A stretch of DNA of 64,000 bases from Squalus acanthias (taxonomy: Eukaryota). Below are positions 1 through 15,000 of the stretch, in pieces (the stretch's first letter is position 1; each line of letters begins with the position of its first letter). The notes under the pieces are model-generated. The model was not told the origin of the DNA. It did not search any database and saw only the letters and a program-made list of their open reading frames with translations. The position numbers and the translations under genes were made by a program. Location of the stretch: NCBI GenBank assembly GCA_030390025.1, contig CM059432.1:141424001-141488000 (forward strand), in the 5' to 3' direction.

Positions 1-3000
1 ACCTCCAATAGTGACAATCACCTGTCCAACCAATACTGACCAGAACCTATACCTCCAATACTGACCAGAGCCTGTACCTCCAATACTGACCAGAACCTGT
101 CCCTCCAATACTGACCAGAACCTGTCCGTTCAATACTGACCAGAACCAGTGCCTCCAATACTGACCAGAACCTGACCCTCCAATACTGACCAGAACCAAT
201 GCCTTCAATACTGACCAGAACCTGTTCCTCCAATACTAACCATTACCTGTCCCTCCAATACTGACCAGAACCTGTCCCTCCAATAATGACCAGAACCTGT
301 CCCTCCAATACTGACCAGAACCTGTACCTCCAATACTGACCTAGAACCTGTCCCTCCAATACTGACCAGAACCTGTCCGTCCAATACTGACCAGAACCAG
401 TGCCTCCAATACTGACCAAAACCAGTTCCTCCAATACTGACCATTACCTGTCCCTCCAATACTGACCAGAACCTGTCCCTCCAATACTGATCAGAACCTG
501 ACCCTCCAATACTGACCAGAACCAGTGCCTCCAATACTGACCAGAACCTGTTCCTCCAATACTGACCATTACCTGTCCCTCCAATACTGACCAGAACCTG
601 TCCCTCTAATACTGACCAGAACCTTTCCCTGCAATACTGACCAGAACCTGTCCCACCAATACTGACCAGACCCTGTCCCTCCAATACTGACCAGACCCTG
701 TCCCTCCAATACTGATGAGAACCTGTCCCTCTAATACTGACCAGACCCTGCCCCTCCAATACTGACCAGAACCTATACCTCCAATACGGACCAGAACCAG
801 TCCCTCCAGTACTGACCAGAACCTGTCCCTCTAATACTGACCAGAACCATTCCCTGCAATACTGACCAGACCTGTCCCTCTAATACTGACCAGACCCTGT
901 CCCTCCAATACTAACCAGAAGCTGTCCCTCCAAGACTAACCAGAAGCTGTCCCTCCAATACTAACCAGAACCTGTCCCTCTGATACTGACCAGAACCTGT
1001 TCCTCCAATACTGACCAGAACATGTCCCTCCAATACTGACCAGATCCTGTCCCTCCAATACTGACCAGAAGCTGTCCCTCCAATACTAACCAGAACCTGT
1101 CCCTCCAATACTGATCAGTACCTGTCACTCCAATACTGACCAGAACCTGTCCCTCCAATACTGACCAGAACCTGTACCTCCAATACTGACCATTACCTGT
1201 CCCGACAATACTGACCAGAACCTGTCCCTCCAATACTGATCAGAATCTGTTCCTCCAATACTGACCAGAACCTGTCCCTCCAATACTGACCAGACCCTGT
1301 CCATCCAATACTGACCAGAACCTGTCCCTCCAATACTGACCAGAACCTGTCCCTCCAATACTGACCATTACCTGTCCATCACATACTGACCAGAACCTAT
1401 ACTTCCAATACTGACCAGAACCTGTCCCTCCAATACTGACCAGAACCTGTACCTCCAATTCTGACCATTACCTGTCCAACCAATACTGACCAGAACCTGT
1501 ACCTCCAATACTGAACAGAACCTGTACCTCCAATACTGACCATTACCTGCCCCTCCAATACTGACCAGACCTTGTCCATCCAATACTGACCATTACCTGT
1601 CCCTCCAATACTGACCATTACGTGTCCCTCCAAGGCTGACCAGAACCTGTCCCTCTAATACTGAGCAGAACCTGTGCCTCCAATACTGACCAGAAACTGT
1701 ACCTCCAATACTGACCATTACCTGTCCATCCAATACTAACCAGAACCTGTACCTCCAAAACTGACCATTAACTGTCCCTCCAATACTGACCAGAACCTGT
1801 ACTTCTAATACTGGCCAGAACCTGTCCCTCCAATACTGACCAGAACCTGTCCCTCTAATACTGACCAGAACCTTTCCCTGCAATACTGACCAGAACCTGT
1901 CCCACCAATACTGACCAGACCCTGTCCCTCCAATACTGACCAGACCCTGTCCCTCCAATACTGATGAGAACCTGTCCCTCTAATACTGACCAGACCCTGC
2001 CCCTCCAATACTGACCAGAACCTATACCTCCAATACGGACCAGAACCAGTCCCTCCAGTACTGACCAGAACCTGTCCCTCTAATACTGACCAGAACCATT
2101 CCCTGCAATACTGACCAGACCTGTCCCTCTAATACTGACCAGACCCTGTCCCTCCAATACTAACCAGAAGCTGTCCCTCCAAGACTAACCAGAAGCTGTC
2201 CCTCCAATACTAACCAGAACCTGTCCCTCTAATACTGACCAGAACCTGTTCCTCCAATACTGACCAGAACATGTCCCTCCAATACTGACCAGATCCTGTC
2301 CCTCCAATACTGACCAGAAGCTGTCCCTCCAATACTAACCAGAACCTGTCCCTCCAATACTGATCAGTACCTGTCACTCCAATACTGACCAGAACCTGTC
2401 CCTCCAATACTGACCAGAACCTGTACCTCCAATACTGACCATTACCTGTCCCGACAATACTGACCAGAACCTGTCCCTCCAATACTGATCAGAATCTGTT
2501 CCTCCAATACTGACCAGAACCTGTCCCTCCAATACTGACCAGACCCTGTCCATCCAATACTGACCAGAACCTGTCCCTCCAATACTGACCAGAACCTGTC
2601 CCACCAATACTGACCAGACCCTGTCCCTCCAATACTGACCAGACCCTGTCCCTCCAATACTGATGAGAACCTGTCCCTCTAATACTGACCAGACCCTGCC
2701 CCTCCAATACTGACCAGAACCTATACCTCCAATACGGACCAGAATCAGTCCCTCCAGTACTGACCAGAACCTGTCCCTCTAATACTGACCAGAACCATTC
2801 CCTGCAATACTGACCAGACCTGTCCCTCTAATACTGACCAGACCCTGTCCCTCCAATACTAACCAGAAGCTGTCCCTCCAAGACTAACCAGAAGCTGTCC
2901 CTCCAATACTAACCAGAACCTGTCCCTCTAATACTGACCAGAACCTGTTCCTCCAATACTGACCAGAACATGTCCCTCCAATACTGACCAGATCCTGTCC

Positions 3001-6000
3001 CTCCAATACTGACCAGAAGCTGTCCCTCCAATACTAACCAGAACCTGTCCCTCCAATACTGATCAGTACCTGTCACTCCAATACTGACCAGAACCTGTCC
3101 CTCCAATACTGACCAGAACCTGTACCTCCAATACTGACCATTACCTGTCCCGACAATACTGACCAGAACCTGTCCCTCCAATACTGATCAGAATCTGTTC
3201 CTCCAATACTGACCAGAACCTGTCCCTCCAATACTGACCAGACCCTGTCCATCCAATACTGACCAGAACCTGTCCCTCCAATACTGACCAGAACCTGTCC
3301 CTCCAATACTGACCATTACCTGTCCATCACATACTGACCAGAACCTATACTTCCAATACTGACCAGAACCTGTCCCTCCAATACTGACCAGAACCTGTAC
3401 CTCCAATTCTGACCATTACCTGTCCAACCAATACTGACCAGAACCTGTACCTCCAATACTGACCAGAACCTGTACCTCCAATACTGACCATTACCTGCCC
3501 CTCCAATACTGACCAGACCTTGTCCATCCAATACTGACCATTACCTGTCCCTCCAATACTGACCATTACGTGTCCCTCCAAGACTGACCAGAACCTGTCC
3601 CTCTAATACTGACCAGACCCTGTCCCTCCAATACTAACCAGAAGCTGTCCCTCCAAGACTAACCAGAAGCTGTCCCTCCAATACTAACCAGAACCTGTCC
3701 CTCTAATACTGACCAGAACCTGTTCCTCCAATACTGACCAGAACATGTCCCTCCAATACTGACCAGATCCTGTCCCTCCAATACTGACCAGAAGCTGTCC
3801 CTCCAATACTAACCAGAACCTGTCCCTCCAATACTGATCAGTACCTGTCACTCCAATACTGACCAGAACCTGTCCCTCCAATACTGACCAGAACCTGTAC
3901 CTCCAATACTGACCATTACCTGTCCCGACAATACTGACCAGAACCTGTCCCTCCAATACTGATCAGAATCTGTTCCTCCAATACTGACCAGAACCTGTCC
4001 CTCCAATACTGACCAGACCCTGTCCATCCAATACTGACCAGAACCTGTCCCTCCAATACTGACCAGAACCTGTCCCTCCAATACTGACCATTACCTGTCC
4101 ATCACATACTGACCAGAACCTATACTTCCAATACTGACCAGAACCTGTCCCTCCAATACTGACCAGAACCTGTACCTCCAATTCTGACCATTACCTGTCC
4201 AACCAATACTGACCAGAACCTGTACCTCCAATACTGACCAGAACCTGTACCTCCAATACTGACCATTACCTGCCCCTCCAATACTGACCAGACCTTGTCC
4301 ATCCAATACTGACCATTACCTGTCCCTCCAATACTGACCATTACGTGTCCCTCCAAGACTGACCAGAACCTGTCCCTCTAATACTGAGCAGAACCTGTGC
4401 CTCCAATACTGACCAGAAACTGTACCTCCAATACTGACCATTACCTGTCCATCCAATACTAACCAGAACCTGTACCTCCAAAACTGACCATTAACTGTCC
4501 CTCCAATACTGACCAGAACCTGTACCTCTAATACTGGCCAGAACCTGTCCCTCCAATACTGACCAGAACCTGTCCCTCTAATACTGACCAGAACCTTTCC
4601 CTGCAATACTGACCAGAACCTGTCCCACCAATACTGACCAGACCCTGTCCCTCCAATACTGACCAGACCCTGTCCCTCCAATACTGATGAGAACCTGTCC
4701 CTCTAATACTGACCAGACCCTGCCCCTCCAATACTGACCAGAACCTATACCTCCAATACGGACCAGAACCAGTCCCTCCAGTACTGACCAGAACCTGTCC
4801 CTCTAATACTGACCAGAACCATTCCCTGCAATACTGACCAGACCTGTCCCTCTAATACTGACCAGACCCTGTCCCTCCAATACTAACCAGAAGCTGTCCC
4901 TCCAAGACTAACCAGAAGCTGTCCCTCCAATACTAACCAGAACCTGTCCCTCTAATACTGACCAGAACATGTCCCTCCAATACTGACCAGATCCTGTCCC
5001 TCCAATACTGACCAGAAGCTGTCCCTCCAATACTAACCAGAACCTGTCCCTCCAATACTGATCAGTACCTGTCACTCCAATACTGACCAGAACCTGTCCC
5101 TCCAATACTGACCAGAACCTGTACCTCCAATACTGACCATTACCTGTCCCGACAATACTGACCAGAACCTGTCCCTCCAATACTGATCAGAATCTGTTCC
5201 TCCAATACTGACCAGAACCTGTCCCTCCAATACTGACCAGACCCTGTCCATCCAATACTGACCAGAACCTGTCCCTCCAATACTGACCAGAACCTGTCCC
5301 TCCAATACTGACCATTACCTGTCCATCACATACTGACCAGAACCTATACTTCCAATACTGACCAGAACCTGTCCCTCCAATACTGACCAGAACCTGTACC
5401 TCCAATTCTGACCATTACCTGTCCAACCAATACTGACCAGAACCTGTAACTCCAATACTGACCAGAACCTGTACCTCCAATACTGACCATTACCTGCCCC
5501 TCCAATACTGACCAGACCTTGTCCATCCAATACTGACCATTACCTGTCCCTCCAATACTGACCATTACGTGTCCCTCCAAGACTGACCAGAACCTGTCCC
5601 TCTAATACTGAGCAGAACCTGTGCCTCCAATACTGACCAGAAACTGTACCTCCAATACTGACCATTACCTGTCCATCCAATACTAACCAGAACCTGTACC
5701 TCCAAAACTGACCATTAACTGTCCCTCCAATACTGACCAGAACCTGTACCTCTAATACTGGCCAGAACCTGTCCCTCCAATACTGACCAGAACCTGTCCC
5801 TCCAATACTGACCAGACCCGGTCCCTCCAATACTGACCAGACCCTGTCCCTCCAATACTGACCAGAACGCTTCCCTGCAATACTAACCAGAACCTGTCCC
5901 TCCAATACTGACCAGAACGCTTCCCTGCAATACTAACCAGAACCTGTCCCTCTAATACTGACCAGAACCTTTCCCTACAATACTGACCAGAACCTGTCCC

Positions 6001-9000
6001 ACCAATACTGACCAGACCCTGTCCCTCCAATACTGACCAGACCCTGTCCCTCCAATACTGACGAGAACCTGTCCCTCTAATACTGACCAGAACCTATACC
6101 TCCAATACTGACCAGAACCGGTCCCTCCAGTACTGACCAGAACCTGTCCCTCTTATACTGACCAGAACCAATCCCTGCAATACTGACCAGACCTGTCCCT
6201 CTAATACTGACCAGACCCTGTCCCTCCAATACTGACCAGAACCTGTCCATCCAATACTGACCAGACCCTGTGCCTCCAATACTGACCAGACCCTGTCCCT
6301 TCAATACTGACTAGAACCTTTCCCTGCAATACTGACCAGAACCTGTCCCACCAATACTGACCAGACCCTGTCCCTCCAATACTGACCAGACCCTGTCCCT
6401 CCAGTATTGAACAGAACCTGTCCCTCCAATACTGACCAGACCCTGTCCTTCCAATACTGACCAGAACCTGTCCCTCTAATACTGACCAGAACCTGTCCCT
6501 CCAATACATACCAGACCCTGTCCATCCAATACTGACCAGAACCGGCCCCTCCAATACGGACCAGAACCTGTACCTCCAATACTGACCAGAACCTGTACCT
6601 CCAATACTGACCAGAACCTGTACCTCCAATACTGACCAGAACCTGTCCCTCCAATACTGACCTGAACCTGTACCTCCAATACTGCCCAGAACCTGACCCT
6701 CCAATACTGACCAGAACCAATGCCTTCAATACTGACCAGAACCTGTTCCTCCAATACTAACCATTACCTGTCCCTCCAATACTGACCAGAACCTGTCCCT
6801 CCAATAATGACCAGAACCTGTCCCTCCAATACTGACCAGAACCAGTGCCTCCAATACTGACCAAAACCAGTTCCTCCAATACTGAACATTACCTGTCCCT
6901 CCAATACTGACCATAACCTGTCCCTCCAATACTGACCAGAACCTGACCCTCCAATACTGACCAGAACCAGTGCCTCCAATACTGACCAGTTCCTGTTCCT
7001 CCAATACTGACCATTACCTGTCCCTCCAATACTGACCAGAACCTGTCCCTCTAATACTGACCAGAACCTGCACCTCCAATACTGACCAGACACTGTTACT
7101 CCAATACTGACCATTACCTGTCCATCCAATACTGACCAGAACCTGTCCCTCCAAGACTAACCAGAACCTGTTCCTCCAATACTGAACATTACCTGTCCAT
7201 CCAATACTGACCAGAACCTGTCCCTCCAATACTGACCAGAACCTGTACCTCCAATACTGACCATTACCTGTCCCGACAATACTGACCAGAACCTGTCCCT
7301 CCAATACTGATCAGAATCTGTTCCTCCAATACTGACCAGAACCTGTCCCTCCAATACTGACCAGACCCTGTCCATCCAATACTGACCAGAACCTGTCCCT
7401 CCAATACTGACCAGAACCTGTCCCTCCAATACTGACCATTACCTGTCCATCACATACTGACCAGAACCTATACCTCCAATACTGACCAGAACCTGTCCCT
7501 CCAATACTGACCAGAACCTGTACCTCCAATTCTGACCATTACCTGTCCAACCAATACTGACCAGAACCTGTACCACCAATACTGACCAGAACCTGTACCT
7601 CCAATACTGACCATTACCTGTCCCTCCAATACTGACCAGACCTTGTCCATCCAATACTGACCAGAACCTGTACCTCCAATACTGACCAGAACCTGTCCCT
7701 CCAATACTGACCAGAACCTGTCCCTCCAATACTGACCAGAACCAGTGCCTCCAATACTGACCAGAACCTGTTCCTCCAACACTGACCATTACATGTCCCT
7801 CCAATACTGACCATTATGTGTCCCACCAAGACTGACCAGAACCTGTCCCTCTAATACTGAGCAGAACCTGTCCCTCCAATACTGACCAGAAACTGTACCT
7901 CCAATACTGACCATTACCTGTCCATCCAATACTAACCAGAACCTGTACCTCCAAAACTGACCATTAACTGTCCCTACAATACTGACCAGAACCTGTCCCA
8001 CCAATACTGACCAGACCCTGTCCCTCCAATACTGACCAGACCCTGTCCCTCCAATACTGACGAGAACCTGTCCCTCTAATACTGACCAGAACCTATACCT
8101 CCAATACTGACCAGAACCGGTCCCTCCAGTACTGACCAGAACCTGTCCCGCTTATACTGACCAGAACCAATCCCTGCAATACTGACCAGACCTGTCCCTC
8201 TAATACTGACCAGACCCTGTCCCTCCAATACTGACCAGAACCTGTCCATCCAATACTGACCAGACCCTGTGCCTCCAATACTGACCAGACCCTGTCCCTT
8301 CAATACTGACTAGAACCTTTCCCTGCAATACTGACCAGAACCTGTCCCACCAATACTGACCAGACCCTGTCCCTCCAATACTGACCAGACCCTGTCCCTC
8401 CAGTATTTAACAGAACCTGTCCCTCCAATACTGACCAGACCCTGTCCTTCCAATACTGACCAGAACCTGTCCCTCTAATACTGACCAGAACCTGTCCCTC
8501 CAATACATACCAGACCCTGTCCATCCAATACTGACCAGAACCGGCCCCTCCAATACGGACCAGAACCTGTACCTCCAATACTGACCAGAACCTGTACCTC
8601 CAATACTGACCAGAACCTGTACCTCCAATACTGACCAGAACCTGTCCCTCCAATACTGACCTGAACCTGTACCTCCAATACTGCCCAGAACCTGACCCTC
8701 CAATACTGACCAGAACCAATGCCTTCAATACTGACCAGAACCTGTTCCTCCAATACTAACCATTACCTGTCCCTCCAATACTGACCAGAACCTGTCCCTC
8801 CAATAATGACCAGAACCTGTCCCTCCAATACTGACCAGAACCAGTGCCTCCAATACTGACCAAAACCAGTTCCTCCAATACTGAACATTACCTGTCCCTC
8901 CAATACTGACCATAACCTGTCCCTCCAATACTGACCAGAACCTGACCCTCCAATACTGACCAGAACCAGTGCCTCCAATACTGACCAGAACCTGTTCCTC

Positions 9001-12000
9001 CAATACTGACCATTACCTGTCCCTCCAATACTGACCAGAACCTGTCCCTCTAATACTGACCAGAACCTGCACCTCCAATACTGACCAGACACTGTTACTC
9101 CAATACTGACCATTACCTGTCCATCCAATACTGACCAGAACCTGTCCCTCCAAGACTAACCAGAACCTGTTCCTCCAATACTGAACATTACCTGTCCATC
9201 CAATACTGACCAGAACCTGTCCCTCCAATACTGACCAGAACCTGTACCTCCAATACTGACCATTACCTGTCCCGACAATACTGACCAGAACCTGTCCCTC
9301 CAATACTGATCAGAATCTGTTCCTCCAATACTGACCAGAACCTGTCCCTCCAATACTGACCAGACCCTGTCCATCCAATACTGACCAGAACCTGTCCCTC
9401 CAATACTGACCAGAACCTGTCCCTCCAATACTGACCATTACCTGTCCATCACATACTGACCAGAACCTATACCTCCAATACTGACCAGAACCTGTCCCTC
9501 CAATACTGACCAGAACCTGTACCTCCAATTCTGACCATTACCTGTCCAACCAATACTGACCAGAACCTGTACCACCAATACTGACCAGAACCTGTACCTC
9601 CAATACTGACCATTACCTGTCCCTCCAATACTGACCAGACCTTGTCCATCCAATACTGACCAGAACCTGTACCTCCAATACTGACCAGAACCTGTCCCTC
9701 CAATACTGACCAGAACCTGTCCCTCCAATACTGACCAGAACCAGTGCCTCCAATACTGACCAGAACCTGTTCCTCCAATACTGACCATTACCTGTCCCTC
9801 CAATACTGACCATTATGTGTCCCACCAAGACTGACCAGAACCTGTCCCTCTAATACTGAGCAGAACCTGTCCCTCCAATACTGACCAGAAACTGTACCTC
9901 CAATACTGACCATTACCTGTCCATCCAATACTAACCAGAACCTGTACCTCCAAAACTGACCATTAACTGTCCCTCCAATACTGACCAGAACCTGTACCTC
10001 TAATACTGGCCAGAACCTGTCCCTCCAATACTGACCAGAACCTGTCCCTCCAATACTGACCAGACCCGGTCCCTCCAATACTGACCAGACCCTGTCCCTC
10101 CAATACTGACCAGAACGCTTCCCTGCAATACTAACCAGAACCTGTCCCTCTAATACTGACAAGAACCTTTCCCTGCAATACTGACCAGAACCTGTCCCTC
10201 CAATACTGACCAGAACCTTTCCCTGCAATACTGACCAGAACCTGTCCCACCAATACTGACCAGACCCTGTCCCTCCAATACTGACCAGACCCTGTCCCTC
10301 CAATACTGACGAGAACCTGTCCCTCTAATACTGACCAGAACCTATACCTCCAATACTGACCAGAACCGGTCCCTCCAGTACTGACCAGAACCTGTCCCTC
10401 TAATACTGACCAGAACCAATCCCTGCAATACTGACCAGACCTGTCCCTCTAATACTGACCAGACCCTGTCCCTCCAATACTGACCAGAACCTGTCCATCC
10501 AATACTGACCAGACCCTGTCCCTCCAATACTGACCAGACCCTGTCCCTTCAATACTGACTAGAACCTTTCCCTGCAATACTGACCAGAACCTGTCCCACC
10601 AATACTGACCAGACCCTGTCCCTCCAATACTGACCAGACCCTGTCCCTCCAGTATTGAACAGAACCTGTCCCTCCAATACTGACCAGACCCTGTCCCTCC
10701 AATACTGACCAGAACCTGTCCCTCTAATACTGACCAGAACCTGTCCCTCCAATACATACCAGACCCTGTCCATCCAATACTGACCAGAACCGGCCCCTCC
10801 AATACGGACCAGAACCTGTACCTCCAATACTGACCAGAACCTGTACCTCCAATACTGACCAGAACCTGTACCTCCAATACTGACCAGAACCTGTCCCTCC
10901 AATACCGACCTGACCCTGTACCTCCAATAGTGACAATCACCTGTCCAACCAATACTGACCAGAACCTATACCTCCAATACTGACCAGAGCCTGTACCTCC
11001 AATACTGACCAGAACCTGTCCCTCCAATACTGACCAGAACCTGTCCGTTCAATACTGACCAGAACCAGTGCCTCCAATACTGACCAGAACCTGACCCTCC
11101 AATACTGACCAGAACCAATGCCTCCAATACTGACCAGAACCTGTTCCTCCAATAATGACCAGAACCTGTCCCTCCAATACTGACCAGAACCTGTACCTCC
11201 AATACTGACCAGAACCTGTCCCTCCAATACTGACCAGAACCTGTCCGTCCAATACTGACCAGAACCAGTGCCTCCAATACTGACCAAAACCAGTTCCTCC
11301 AATACTGAACATTACCTGTCCCTCCAATACTGACCAGAACCTGTCCCTCCAATACTGACCAGAACCTGACCCTCCAATACTGACCAGAACCAGTGCCTCC
11401 AATACTGACCAGAACCTGTTCCTCCAATACTGACCATTACCTGTCCCTCCAATACTGACCAGAACCTGTCCCTCTAATACTGACCAGAACCTGTACCTCC
11501 AATACTGACCAGACACTGTTCCTCCAATACTGACCATTACCTGTCCATCCAATACTGACCAGAACCTGTCCCTCCAAGACTAACCAGAACCTGTTCCTCC
11601 AATACTGACCATTACCTGTCCCTCCAATACTGACCAGACCTTGTCCATCCAATACTGACCAGAACCTGTACCTCCAATACTGACCAGAACCTGTCCCTCC
11701 AATACTGACCAGAACCTGTCCCTCCAATACTGACCAGAACCAGTGCCTCCAATACTGACCAGAACCTGTTCCTCCAACACTGACCATTACATGTCCCTCC
11801 AATACTGACCATTATGTGTCCCTCCAAGACTGACCAGAACCTGTCCCTCTAATACTGAGCAGAACCTGTCCCTCCAATACTGACCAGAAACTGTACCTCC
11901 AATACTGACCATTACCTGTCCATCCAATACTAACCAGAACCTGTACCTCCAAAACTGACCATTAACTGTCCCTACAATACTGACCAGAACCTGTCCCACC

Positions 12001-15000
12001 AATACTGACCAGACCCTGTCCCTCCAATACTGACCAGACCCTGTCCCTCCAATACTGACGAGAACCTGTCCCTCTAATACTGACCAGAACCTATACCTCC
12101 AATACTGACCAGAACCGGTCCCTCCAGTACTGACCAGAACCTGTCCCTCTAATACTGACCAGAACCAATCCCTGCAATACTGACCAGACCTGTCCCTCTA
12201 ATACTGACCAGACCCTGTCCCTCCAATACTGACCAGAACCTGTCCATCCAATACTGACCAGACCCTGTCCTCCAATACTGACCAGACCCTGTCCCTTCAA
12301 TACTGACTAGAACCTTTCCCTGCAATACTGACCAGAACCTGTCCCACCAATACTGACCAGACCCTGTCCCTCCAATACTGACCAGACCCTGTCCCTCCAG
12401 TATTGAACAGAACCTGTCCCTCCAATACTGACCAGACCCTGTCCCTCCAATACTGACCAGAACCTGTCCCTCTAATACTGACCAGAACCTGTCCCTCCAA
12501 TACATACCAGACCCTGTCCATCCAATACTGACCAGAACCGGCCCCTCCAATACGGACCAGAACCTGTACCTCCAATACTGACCAGAACCTGTACCTCCAA
12601 TACTGACCAGAACCTGTACCTCCAATACTGACCAGAACCTGTCCCTCCAATACTGACCTGAACCTGTACCTCCAATACTGCCCAGAACCTGACCCTCCAA
12701 TACTGACCAGAACCAATGCCTTCAATACTGACCAGAACCTGTTCCTCCAATACTAACCATTACCTGTCCCTCCAATACTGACCAGAACCTGTCCCTCCAA
12801 TAATGACCAGAACCTGTCCCTCCAATACTGACCAGAACCAGTGCCTCCAATACTGACCAAAACCAGTTCCTCCAATACTGAACATTACCTGTCCCTCCAA
12901 TACTGACCATAACCTGTCCCTCCAATACTGACCAGAACCTGACCCTCCAATACTGACCAGAACCAGTGCCTCCAATACTGACCAGAACCTGTTCCTCCAA
13001 TACTGACCATTACCTGTCCCTCCAATACTGACCAGAACCTGTCCCTCTAATACTGACCAGAACCTGCACCTCCAATACTGACCAGACACTGTTACTCCAA
13101 TACTGACCATTACCTGTCCATCCAATACTGACCAGAACCTGTCCCTCCAAGACTAACCAGAACCTGTTCCTCCAATACTGAACATTACCTGTCCATCCAA
13201 TACTGACCAGAACCTGTCCCTCCAATACTGACCAGAACCTGTACCTCCAATACTGACCATTACCTGTCCCGACAATACTGACCAGAACCTGTCCCTCCAA
13301 TACTGATCAGAATCTGTTCCTCCAATACTGACCAGAACCTGTCCCTCCAATACTGACCAGACCCTGTCCATCCAATACTGACCAGAACCTGTCCCTCCAA
13401 TACTGACCAGAACCTGTCCCTCCAATACTGACCATTACCTGTCCATCACATACTGACCAGAACCTATACCTCCAATACTGACCAGAACCTGTCCCTCCAA
13501 TACTGACCAGAACCTGTACCTCCAATTCTGACCATTACCTGTCCAACCAATACTGACCAGAACCTGTACCACCAATACTGACCAGAACCTGTACCTCCAA
13601 TACTGACCATTACCTGTCCCTCCAATACTGACCAGACCTTGTCCATCCAATACTGACCAGAACCTGTACCTCCAATACTGACCAGAACCTGTCCCTCCAA
13701 TACTGACCAGAACCTGTCCCTCCAATACTGACCAGAACCAGTGCCTCCAATACTGACCAGAACCTGTTCCTCCAATACTGACCATTACATGTCCCTCCAA
13801 TACTGACCATTATGTGTCCCACCAAGACTGACCAGAACCTGTCCCTCTAATACTGAGCAGAACCTGTCCCTCCAATACTGACCAGAAACTGTACCTCCAA
13901 TACTGACCATTACCTGTCCATCCAATACTAACCAGAACCTGTACCTCCAAAACTGACCATTAACTGTCCCTCCAATACTGACCAGAACCTGTAACTCTAA
14001 TACTGGCCAGAACCTGTCCCTCCAATACTGACCAGAACCTGTCCCTCCAATACTGACCAGACCCGGTCCCTCCAATACTGACCAGACCCTGTCCCTCCAA
14101 TACTGACCAGAACGCTTCCCTGCAATACTAACCAGAACCTGTCCCTCTAATACTGACAAGAACCTTTCCCTGCAATACTGACCAGAACCTGTCCCTCCAA
14201 TACTGACCAGAACCTTTCCCTGCAATACTGACCAGAACCTGTCCCACCAATACTGACCAGACCCTGTCCCTCCAATACTGACCAGACCCTGTCCCTCCAA
14301 TACTGACGAGAACCTGTCCCTCTAATACTGACCAGAACCTATACCTCCAATACTGACCAGAACCGGTCCCTCCAGTATTGACCAGAACCTGTCCCTCTAA
14401 TACTGACCAGAACCATTCCCTGCACTACTGACCAGACCTGTCCCTCTAATACTGACCAGACGCTGTCCCTCCAATACTGACCAGAACCTGTCCATCCAAT
14501 ACTGACCAGACCCTGTCCCTCCAATACTGACCAGACCCTGTCCCTTCAATACTGACTAGAACCTTTCCCTGCAATACTGACCAGAACCTGTCCCACCAAT
14601 ACTGACCAGACCCTGTCCCTCCAATACTGACCAGACCCTGTCCCTCCAGTGTTGAACAGAACCTGTCCCTCCAATACTGACCAGACCCTGTCCCTCCAAT
14701 ACTGACCAGAACCTGTCCCTCTAATACTGACCAGAACCTGTCCCTCCAATACATATCAGACCCTGTCCATCCAATACTGACCAGAACCGGCCCCTCCAAT
14801 ATGGACCAGAACCTGTACCTCCAATACTGACCAGAATCTGTACCTCCAATACTGACCAGAACCTGTACCTCCAATTCTGACCAGAATCTGTCCCTCCAAT
14901 ACTGACCTGAACCTGTACCTCCAATACTGACCATCACCTGTCCAACCAATACTGACCAGAACCTATACCTCCAATACTGACCAGAAGCTGTACCTCCAAT